Program-made: the position numbers and the translations under genes | Notes under the pieces: model-generated | What the model was told of the DNA's origin: nothing | Database searches by the model: none | Seen by the model: the letters and a program-made list of their open reading frames with translations, nothing else | Virus record (IMG/VR): IMGVR_UViG_3300021335_000011 | Location: 1 to 64,000 of that record | Direction: 5' to 3' (one strand) | DNA: 64,000 nucleotides | Origin: a virus | Shown here: in pieces, positions 9,071 through 15,980 of the stretch | Position numbering within the stretch: position 1 is the first letter of the stretch | How the letters are laid out: the number at the start of each line of letters is the position of its first letter

Positions 9071-9074
9071 ACTT
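9045..9074 (+). terminator. Terminator-like hairpin
   Basis: GGGAGAGGTAA-TATA-TTGCCTCTCCT, an 11-bp stem with a weak U-tail. Confidence 0.5.
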
Positions 9075-9085
9075 AAAGGATTTAA

Positions 9086-9229
9086 ATGTTAAAATGGTAT
9101 GACCATATTATGGTTTCAATGTTTGCTTGGGTTATATCTCAAGGATTAATTCATAATCTTTTTTGGGCTGTATTAGGTTATGCGGTATTTGTAAATTATA
9201 TGGCACAAAGGAGAGATGGAAATGTCTGA
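9086..9229 (+). CDS. Small hydrophobic protein (47 aa, not in the ORF track)
   Basis: AAGGA RBS. MLKWYDHIMVSMFAWVISQGLIHNLFWAVLGYAVFVNYMAQRRDGNV. Confidence 0.55.
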   Translation: MLKWYDHIMVSMFAWVISQGLIHNLFWAVLGYAVFVNYMAQRRDGNV

Positions 9230-9485
9230 TGATTTCTTTGATTTCGGTTTTACAGCTGTAGATGAAACAGAACTACAAGCCGTGCAAGATGCAGAAAAGG
9301 CAAAAGGAGATGTCGAAGTAAAGGCTAATACTAATCAAGAAAAACTCGATAAGTTATACAATGCTATTACTCCTCTGCTTAATAATCTAAAGAAAAATCC
9401 TGAAAAAGATTATATTTTATGGCCAAATCGTGTAGAAAAGGTAGATCAGTTCGAAGATATGCTTCGCAAAATCTATCAGTCTTAA
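9216..9485 (+). CDS. Hypothetical phage protein
   Basis: AGGAG RBS, FDFGFTAVDE N-terminus and a coiled-coil-like middle. The start may be 9222. Confidence 0.7.
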   Translation: MEMSDDFFDFGFTAVDETELQAVQDAEKAKGDVEVKANTNQEKLDKLYNAITPLLNNLKKNPEKDYILWPNRVEKVDQFEDMLRKIYQS

Positions 9486-9511
9486 AAATTATTTTAAAAA
9501 AAATGACAAGC

Positions 9512-9546
9512 CTTTGTTTTTATTCGAAAACAAAGTGCGTTTTTTT
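9512..9546 (+). terminator. Terminator-like hairpin just upstream of an early promoter
   Basis: CTTTGTTTTT-ATTC-GAAAACAAAG followed by TGCG and a T-run. Confidence 0.45.
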
Positions 9547-9547
9547 G

Positions 9548-9576
9548 TGTACAAACCTAAAAAAACAGGGTATAAT
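9548..9576 (+). promoter_or_regulatory. Phage early-type promoter
   Basis: TGTACA-N17-TATAAT followed by the conserved leader AGATCTATAAAATGAAGAAAGCTGAGGAGC. Confidence 0.8.
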
Positions 9577-9611
9577 AGATCTATAAAATGAAGAAAGCTG
9601 AGGAGCAAAAA

Positions 9612-9884
9612 ATGTTTTTAAAGAATCTTACAAAGTTAGAACAGAACCTTTGGAAGTCTCACGTTGAATTTATGGGCGTTGACAACGATATGGCTGAAAT
9701 GTATGCTGAAGATCGCAATGATGTCATAGAAGCTAAGTATCGTTTCAACAAAGGTCATATGGGTTCACTTCGTCACTTCATCGATCGTATGGATACACAT
9801 CCGCGCGAAGGTGTGGTAATGGCTTTTGCTGCTGATCTTGGTGAAGATTGGGTTTATGATAATCTTGGTTATGAGGTACGCTAA
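9612..9884 (+). CDS. Hypothetical early protein
   Basis: ATG 9612 follows GAGGAG. Confidence 0.7.
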   Translation: MFLKNLTKLEQNLWKSHVEFMGVDNDMAEMYAEDRNDVIEAKYRFNKGHMGSLRHFIDRMDTHPREGVVMAFAADLGEDWVYDNLGYEVR

Positions 9885-9885
9885 T

Positions 9886-10104
9886 ATGGGTAAGATGAAA
9901 GCATTAGCAATGGATTTTGAAGAGCAACTGTTCGAGCTCGTAAACATCGAAGAGATCATCGGTGAGTGTGAAGACTTTGGTCAGTTCAGCCACAAACTAA
10001 TAATGGCACCAGGTGTGTTGGCTTGGTGGACTGATGTTGGTACACACAACGGTCGTTATATTGTATCAAATATTTGGAATGAGTATTGGGGAGCATACGT
10101 ATGA
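9886..10104 (+). CDS. Hypothetical protein
   Basis: GAGG RBS before ATG 9886 (MGKMKALAMDFEEQL). Resembles the ORF at 10235. Confidence 0.6.
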   Translation: MGKMKALAMDFEEQLFELVNIEEIIGECEDFGQFSHKLIMAPGVLAWWTDVGTHNGRYIVSNIWNEYWGAYV

Positions 10105-10235
10105 GAGTAGTACAAGATGGAGTTGGATTTGAGTTTGAAGGTATTTGGATTGAAAATCCTTATTTGTCAGAGTGTGGTCGGTTTGAAGTAGATCCAAAAG
10201 AATATTATGGAATTGATGTAGAGGAGTCAGAATAA
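10101..10235 (+). CDS. Small acidic protein (44 aa, not in the ORF track)
   Basis: GGGAG RBS, with ATGA and TAATG overlaps at its two ends. Confidence 0.55.
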   Translation: MRVVQDGVGFEFEGIWIENPYLSECGRFEVDPKEYYGIDVEESE

Positions 10236-10441
10236 TGGGTATGTCAAGTTATGTTATGGATATTGAAGAGCAGTTTATTGATAAGTGTGCTGATATTGCA
10301 ATTGATTCAGAATCATTCGAAGAGTATGCTAAGAGAACAGTGAAAGTTCTCAATATGGTACCACATCTAAGTGGTCAAGAAATCTCTGATATTATCGATG
10401 ACGTTTGGTATGAAATGACTGTGCAATTGGGAGGAAATTAA
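10235..10441 (+). CDS. Hypothetical protein
   Basis: GAGGAG RBS and coupled start. Confidence 0.65.
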   Translation: MGMSSYVMDIEEQFIDKCADIAIDSESFEEYAKRTVKVLNMVPHLSGQEISDIIDDVWYEMTVQLGGN

Positions 10442-10442
10442 T

Positions 10443-10688
10443 ATGGGTATTGTTATTACTAAAGAGTCGACTTATGAAGAGCGTATGGATGCTATCCGCG
10501 CAGCATCAAAAAGATTGGCTGCATTGAAGAAGCGTGAAGCTTATTACACTCGCCAAGAAGTCGAACCTAAAAAAGGTCAAGATCTTGATGAGAACTATAA
10601 CCACTGGCAAGATGCGCCACAATATGCGGAGAAATATTATGGCGATAAGATGCGCGATACTGTTGCTATGGATAACGATTGGAACTAG
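10443..10688 (+). CDS. Hypothetical protein
   Basis: GGAGG RBS. Confidence 0.65.
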   Translation: MGIVITKESTYEERMDAIRAASKRLAALKKREAYYTRQEVEPKKGQDLDENYNHWQDAPQYAEKYYGDKMRDTVAMDNDWN

Positions 10689-10917
10689 TGCTTATGCGCA
10701 AGATTGTTTCTATTCGCAGCAGACAACATATTCTGATGGATCGGTTATCAATGATATTAAGAGGTATGATTGCAAATCACCTCCAAAAACAATTATCATT
10801 GAAAAAGAAGTTCCATCAAAAGATCGTGGTTTAGGAGAATTTTTATTTGGTGCTGAAGAAAACAATCAAAGTATCAGTAAGTTGTTTGAAGTAGTGCTAA
10901 GTTTAGGAGTTTTGTAA
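10639..10917 (+). CDS. Putative secreted protein
   Basis: GGAG RBS and a signal-peptide-like N-terminus (MAIRCAILLLWITIGTSAYA-Q). Confidence 0.55.
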   Translation: MAIRCAILLLWITIGTSAYAQDCFYSQQTTYSDGSVINDIKRYDCKSPPKTIIIEKEVPSKDRGLGEFLFGAEENNQSISKLFEVVLSLGVL

Positions 10918-11042
10918 TGTTTAATATTGGTTTAGGAATTGTTATAGGTATAGGTATGACAGTATTTTTTCCAGATATGCAGAACCTATTTGTAGATTCT
11001 GGTTTAAGAGATATTATTGTTGAAAGATTGAATGGAGTATAA
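10917..11042 (+). CDS. Small membrane protein (41 aa, not in the ORF track)
   Basis: AGGAG RBS, TAATG coupling and a hydrophobic N-terminus (MFNIGLGIVIGIGMTVFF). Confidence 0.5.
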   Translation: MFNIGLGIVIGIGMTVFFPDMQNLFVDSGLRDIIVERLNGV

Positions 11043-11043
11043 A

Positions 11044-11667
11044 ATGAGAAGTGTTGTGTTAATGGCAGGTGTATTAGGTCTCTCTGCATGTAGTGATAAG
11101 TTGCCACCAAATTTGGCAATGTCTGAAAAAGAATTTGAATATCGTACTGAACAAGTCGAAAAACAAATTGATGATATGCCTAAGTGGTATACAAATATCC
11201 CAAAAGAAGATGATGCTGTATACGCAGTTGGCACTGCAGTCACACCAGATCTTCAACTCGCGGTAGATATCGCAGTACTATCAGCTAAGACTACTCTGGC
11301 CGATCGTGTTGATAGCCGCATTCGATCTCAACTGAAAACCTTTAAGTCTAAGTTAGGTTCTACTGATTTTGATTCAAACGTTGCTGTTGAGTTTGAACAA
11401 GTTACGCGTAATCTTATTGCAGATGCAGATGTAGCTGGGTACACAGTTAAAGAAAATGTCATTGTCCAGAATGGTACGCAATATCGATCATACGTTTTGC
11501 TTGAGTATAAAAACGAAGTAGCTAATCGAGTGATTCAAACTCGACTTGCCAAGAATAATGTACTGTTGTCTAAGTTTAAGTCTACGAAAGCATGGAAAGA
11601 ACTTGATACAAACGTTGAAGCTCAACAACAAGCAGAAGTAGATACACTAAAGGCATTAGCCGAATGA
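11044..11667 (+). CDS. Lipoprotein (LPP20-like)
   Basis: Lipobox LSAC after a hydrophobic signal, then PKWY and YAVGTA. Confidence 0.7.
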   Translation: MRSVVLMAGVLGLSACSDKLPPNLAMSEKEFEYRTEQVEKQIDDMPKWYTNIPKEDDAVYAVGTAVTPDLQLAVDIAVLSAKTTLADRVDSRIRSQLKTFKSKLGSTDFDSNVAVEFEQVTRNLIADADVAGYTVKENVIVQNGTQYRSYVLLEYKNEVANRVIQTRLAKNNVLLSKFKSTKAWKELDTNVEAQQQAEVDTLKALAE

Positions 11668-12824
11668 TAAAAAGAGTTGCCGTAACTGGTATTGGAATGA
11701 TCGATGCATGTGGTAATAATACTACCATGTGCTTCGATAACGTTTTAAGTAATGAGGACTTTGCAAAGCCAGTTTCTGATTTCTTTACGGCAGTTGATCA
11801 TTTCTCAGATAAAATAAAAGCAGATGCATGTCGATCACCAATCGGATTAGCACCAGACGAAGATTGGATAAACATATCTGATGCTCATAAAACGAAGTAT
11901 ATGCCACGTTATATGCGCTATGGTATTCATGCTGTAGAACAAGCATTAGAAATGTCTGGTGTGTCTATTACACCAAATGTTGGTGTCTTTATATCTAATA
12001 TTACACACAATGAGAATGAATACAACGATTTAATGCAATATAGAATATCGCCATTAAAAGCTGTGAATATTCCACATGACGCTCTATGCGGTTATATCTC
12101 TCAACATTATGGATACACTGGACAAAATATGAGTTTCCAAGCTGCGTGTGCAACAGGTTTGGCAACGATTGATTATGGAATGAAAGTTATTGATCAATAT
12201 GATTATGTAATCGTAGGTGGAGCAGATGCTGGCATTAATCAAATTGATATGGGATTATTTTCTTTCTTGCGCGCGCTTGGCACCGAGTCAAAACCATTTG
12301 ATGAAAATAGAGATGGCTTTATTATGGGTGAAGGTTCTGGTGTATTAATTTTAGAGTCTGAAGAAAAAGCGCGTAAGAGAGGGGCAAATGTAATAGCATG
12401 GTTGCACGAAGCTGGACATGCCTCAGATGCATGGAATAGAACAGCTCCGTCAGGTGAAGGTGCTAAAACTGCAATGTATGATGCTATCTACGCTGGAGGT
12501 TTTCCTGATGTTGTAAATGCGCATGGTACTAGTACTCCAGCTGGCGATGAGGTAGAACATAGAAGCATACGTGAAGTGACAGCTGCTGACATCTACTCAG
12601 TTAAAGGTAAAATTGGACATACATTTGCTGCAGCTGGCATTTTAGAAACGATTTACTCTATCCTATCAATGCAAAACGGAGTAATCCCACCCTGTCACAA
12701 CACGCGTGTACCTGCATTCGATGTTGTAACGAAGCCTACGAGGGGTGAGTTTAAGAAGACATTGAACAATTCTTTTGGCTTTGGTGGTAAATGTATTTCA
12801 CAAATGATCACAATTGGTAAATAA
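11664..12824 (+). CDS. fabF: Beta-ketoacyl-ACP synthase (FabF/FabB-like)
   Basis: RVAVTGIG, AACATG (catalytic Cys), NAHGTST, KGKIGHT and NNSFGFGG. Confidence 0.9.
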   Translation: MIKRVAVTGIGMIDACGNNTTMCFDNVLSNEDFAKPVSDFFTAVDHFSDKIKADACRSPIGLAPDEDWINISDAHKTKYMPRYMRYGIHAVEQALEMSGVSITPNVGVFISNITHNENEYNDLMQYRISPLKAVNIPHDALCGYISQHYGYTGQNMSFQAACATGLATIDYGMKVIDQYDYVIVGGADAGINQIDMGLFSFLRALGTESKPFDENRDGFIMGEGSGVLILESEEKARKRGANVIAWLHEAGHASDAWNRTAPSGEGAKTAMYDAIYAGGFPDVVNAHGTSTPAGDEVEHRSIREVTAADIYSVKGKIGHTFAAAGILETIYSILSMQNGVIPPCHNTRVPAFDVVTKPTRGEFKKTLNNSFGFGGKCISQMITIGK

Positions 12825-12828
12825 AACA

Positions 12829-12857
12829 TGTACAAATGCAAAAAACTATGGTAGAAT
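12829..12857 (+). promoter_or_regulatory. Phage early-type promoter
   Basis: TGTACA-N17-TAGAAT followed by AGATCTA. Confidence 0.75.
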
Positions 12858-12880
12858 AGATCTAGAATAAAGGAGTGATT

Positions 12881-13048
12881 ATGGAACTTTCTGATAAAGA
12901 ACGCATTACTCTTCTTGAACAAAACGTTGCAGAATTACAAGAATCTTTGTATGCTGCATATAAAAGGATAGGAGAACTAAATGAGTGGAATGCATATGAT
13001 TCGGGGGATGTCAAGTCTCAACAAAAAACAGTCAAAGAAGAATCGTAA
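12881..13048 (+). CDS. Small coiled-coil protein (55 aa, not in the ORF track)
   Basis: AAGGAG RBS. MELSDKERITLLEQNVAELQESLYAAYKRIGEL... Confidence 0.6.
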   Translation: MELSDKERITLLEQNVAELQESLYAAYKRIGELNEWNAYDSGDVKSQQKTVKEES

Positions 13049-13343
13049 ACCTGGCTGGGAAAAAGCCAAAACAGAACATGATAAGTGGTTGATGGCACGA
13101 GGTGTTCATCCTACTCAACTCAAACAGAAAGAGAAAGTCCATGTCACGTCACTTCCGAGCTATTCAACAGAATGTACGTCAGTCCCAACGTCGGACGTCG
13201 TCGTTCCAATCGCTGGCAAAAGAGCGGCAAATGAATACTCAGGAGACTACATCGTCGGACTTGCCACTCTCCACAAATCAAACACAGTCCCAGTTGGCAA
13301 AGGTGATTCCCCTGAAGAATACGCCAAAATGAGACGAAATTAA
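12981..13343 (+). CDS. Hypothetical basic protein
   Basis: AGGAG RBS. C-terminal ATLHKSNTVPV. Confidence 0.65.
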   Translation: MSGMHMIRGMSSLNKKQSKKNRKPGWEKAKTEHDKWLMARGVHPTQLKQKEKVHVTSLPSYSTECTSVPTSDVVVPIAGKRAANEYSGDYIVGLATLHKSNTVPVGKGDSPEEYAKMRRN

Positions 13344-13367
13344 TTTTAATAAAACGCGTTTTAGGCA

Positions 13368-13396
13368 TGTACAAACGGCTAAAACTGTGGTAGAAT
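13368..13396 (+). promoter_or_regulatory. Phage early-type promoter
   Basis: TGTACA-N17-TAGAAT with the same leader as the 9548 copy and the same upstream GCGTTTTAGGCA as the 7368 copy. Confidence 0.8.
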
Positions 13397-13432
13397 AGAT
13401 CTATAAAATGAAAAAAGCTGAGGAGCTACAAA

Positions 13433-13627
13433 ATGTCTATTACAAAATCACATGCTTACAAATATGGTGAATTAAAAGTTGCAGCTGAGACTGCAGCTAA
13501 TGCCATGTTAAATTTTAAACATCTCAATGATCGTCTTCTTAGCGACTTCGAAATTGAATTCCTTGAGAGTCGTGCACAATCTGTGCTTAATTTAATTAAA
13601 GAACAAGACGAGCGAGGTGCAGCATAA
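13433..13627 (+). CDS. Hypothetical early protein
   Basis: GAGGAG RBS within the promoter cassette. Confidence 0.65.
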   Translation: MSITKSHAYKYGELKVAAETAANAMLNFKHLNDRLLSDFEIEFLESRAQSVLNLIKEQDERGAA

Positions 13628-14760
13628 TGGCTATGCGTAAAAAACAAAAGAAGTTACCTCGTCGTAATCGGACAGGACTAGCAGCTGCGCCTCTTGAAAA
13701 AGGGTTTGAAGCGGTGCAGTCCTACTTCCAAACAGAAGTATCGAATGCTGATATTTCGAAGGTACTCAAAACTTTTATTCGAGATAAGTTTAAGAATTCA
13801 ATCAATAAAGATTATGTTCTTGCTTGTCCTGAATATAAGTTTACAGCTGTGCCATATCAAGCAGCAACAGCTTTTTGGTTGACCCACACTACGAGAAAGG
13901 ACGATGATTATCGTTCGCGAAGTTATTCAGATGCTTTGACAAAATATTTATCTCAACTCATTGCAATGGGTAAAGATCTTTATTTTGAGAAGCAGGCTAA
14001 ACTAAAAGATTCTGCTGCTGTAAGATCTATTTCTCCTATGGAAAGACTACAGCGTAAGATTAGTAATACTATCATGCAAGATCTTCTTGATCTTGAAGAT
14101 AAATGGATCGAAGGTGAAGATGCTACCTTAGATCTATATCAAGAGTTTAAGCGTCATGGTCTACCATCTTCTGCTACTAAAGCTGTTCGCAATGTAGTAG
14201 ATGGTTGGTTACAAGATTATAATGACGCTTATACGAAGGCGTGTCCAGATGCAGTTGAGGGTTATTCACACTTAAGTCGCGTGCAATTACGCAAACGTGT
14301 ACAAGCATGTGAATCAATGCTCGCTGATCTTGATCGTCTTCAGTCTGCTGCGAAAGCAACACGCAAATCCCGCGTAAAACAACCAAAAGCAGCAGACAAG
14401 CAAGTTGCAAAACTTCAGTATAAGAAAGAGGATAATGACTACAAGATCGTATCTGTAGCTCCTCTCTCGATGATCGGTGGTCATCGCCTCTTTACCTTCA
14501 ATGTGAAAACACGGGTAATTACTGAGTTTGTAACTTCATCCGCAAAAGGCTTCGAAGTCAGTGGTACTACTTTGAAAAATATTGATACATTATTGAGTAG
14601 GTCTACTCGACTTCGAAAGCCCGATGCATTTCTTCCTGTTGTCTTAAAAAAGACTCCTAAACAAATTGATAAGGAATGGAAGACACTCACAACTAAAGCG
14701 ACTGTGCCAAACGGTCGAATTAACAAAGACACAGTCTTACTAAGGGTTATTGATAAATGA
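13627..14760 (+). CDS. Hypothetical protein of T4-like phages
   Basis: 377-aa ORF coupled to gp33, with C-terminal RLRKP and PNGRIN. Function not recognised. Confidence 0.7.
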   Translation: MAMRKKQKKLPRRNRTGLAAAPLEKGFEAVQSYFQTEVSNADISKVLKTFIRDKFKNSINKDYVLACPEYKFTAVPYQAATAFWLTHTTRKDDDYRSRSYSDALTKYLSQLIAMGKDLYFEKQAKLKDSAAVRSISPMERLQRKISNTIMQDLLDLEDKWIEGEDATLDLYQEFKRHGLPSSATKAVRNVVDGWLQDYNDAYTKACPDAVEGYSHLSRVQLRKRVQACESMLADLDRLQSAAKATRKSRVKQPKAADKQVAKLQYKKEDNDYKIVSVAPLSMIGGHRLFTFNVKTRVITEFVTSSAKGFEVSGTTLKNIDTLLSRSTRLRKPDAFLPVVLKKTPKQIDKEWKTLTTKATVPNGRINKDTVLLRVIDK

Positions 14761-14999
14761 CAGTTGAAACACAATTTCTAAACAAATCTCGGTTCTCTAA
14801 ACTCATTGAATCTACAGTCTCTGAATTAAAGATTAGTTATATGGAAGCTATCTTATATTTGTGTGACAAGAATGAGATTGAACCAGAAGATATGAAGAAG
14901 TTTGTATCTCCTATTATTAAAGATAAACTAGAGGCCGAAGCAATGGCTCTTAACTTCTTGCCAAAAACCAATAGTATAGACTCATCTCTTTTTGAATGA
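14757..14999 (+). CDS. gp33: Late transcription co-activator gp33
   Basis: FSKLIE...ISYMEAIL...KDKLEAEAMALNFL, located before gp32. Confidence 0.85.
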   Translation: MTVETQFLNKSRFSKLIESTVSELKISYMEAILYLCDKNEIEPEDMKKFVSPIIKDKLEAEAMALNFLPKTNSIDSSLFE

Positions 15000-15015
15000 G
15001 ATGATTATATATAGA

Positions 15016-15044
15016 TTTACATTACAGCAATACTGTGGTATAAT
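15016..15044 (+). promoter_or_regulatory. Promoter for gp32
   Basis: TTTACA-N17-TATAAT with a TG extension. Confidence 0.7.
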
Positions 15045-15064
15045 ACAGCAATATTTCAGCAATA
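15025..15064 (+). repeat. Three copies of CAGCAATA
   Basis: Copies at 15025, 15046 and 15057. Confidence 0.7.
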
Positions 15065-15077
15065 CAAGGAAACAAAA

Positions 15078-15980
15078 ATGTCATTTGAAAATATGAAACG
15101 CAATCGCGATCAAATCTCTAAACTCGTTCAAGCTGCCGAATCAGTCGGTGGTGGTGAAAAGAAAAACTATGATGATGATCGAGTTTGGAAACCAACTGTA
15201 GATAAAGCGGGAAATGGATATGCAGTCTTACGATTCCTTCCAGCAAAAGAAGGTGAAGATCTACCATGGGTACGATACTGGGACCATGGCTTCAAAGGTC
15301 CTACAGGTCAATGGTATATCGAGAACAGCCTTACTTCTATTGGTCAACCTGACCCTGTTGGCGAACTCAACTCAAGACTGTGGAATTCTGGGGTTGAAGC
15401 CGACAAAGAAAAAGCACGATCACAAAAGCGACGTCTGCATTATGTAGTAAACGCTCTTGTTGTGCAAGATCCATCTGCACCGCATAACGAAGGCCGTGTA
15501 GTTCTATATAAATTTGGTAAGAAAATCTTTGATAAGATTATGGACGTTATGCAGCCTCAATTTGCAGACGAACAGCCAGTAAATCCTTTTGATTTCTGGG
15601 AAGGTGCTGACTTTAAATTGAAGATTCGTCAAGTTGAAGGTTATCGTAACTATGACAAATCAGAATTTGCAAGTCCTTCTGCTATGTCTGATGATGAAGC
15701 ACGTCTTGAAGGTGTGTATAATCAACTGCATTCTCTTTCAGAGTTTACTGAACCAAAAAATTACAAATCATATGATGAGCTAAAAGCCAAGCTATCACGT
15801 GTTCTTGGAGAAGATGCAGGATTTGGTTCACCATTGATGGCAGAAGAGCGCATGATGAATACACCTGTTCTGCAACCTGAAATCCCAGTTGCAGAACCAG
15901 TTACAGCAGAACAAGTAACTAATACTGATGATATGGATGATACGATGTCTTACTTTGCTAAATTGGCAAACGACGACTAA
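15078..15980 (+). CDS. gp32: Single-stranded DNA-binding protein gp32
   Basis: DKAGNGYAVLRFLP, HGFKGPTGQWYIENS, FGKKIFDKI, YRNYDKSEF and an acidic tail ending YFAKLA. Confidence 0.95.
   Translation: MSFENMKRNRDQISKLVQAAESVGGGEKKNYDDDRVWKPTVDKAGNGYAVLRFLPAKEGEDLPWVRYWDHGFKGPTGQWYIENSLTSIGQPDPVGELNSRLWNSGVEADKEKARSQKRRLHYVVNALVVQDPSAPHNEGRVVLYKFGKKIFDKIMDVMQPQFADEQPVNPFDFWEGADFKLKIRQVEGYRNYDKSEFASPSAMSDDEARLEGVYNQLHSLSEFTEPKNYKSYDELKAKLSRVLGEDAGFGSPLMAEERMMNTPVLQPEIPVAEPVTAEQVTNTDDMDDTMSYFAKLANDD

Noticed and set aside
15977-15980. Terminator between convergent gp32 and tape-measure genes (also at 42669-42689)
   Set aside because: The genes overlap at their 3' ends and no convincing hairpin was seen.
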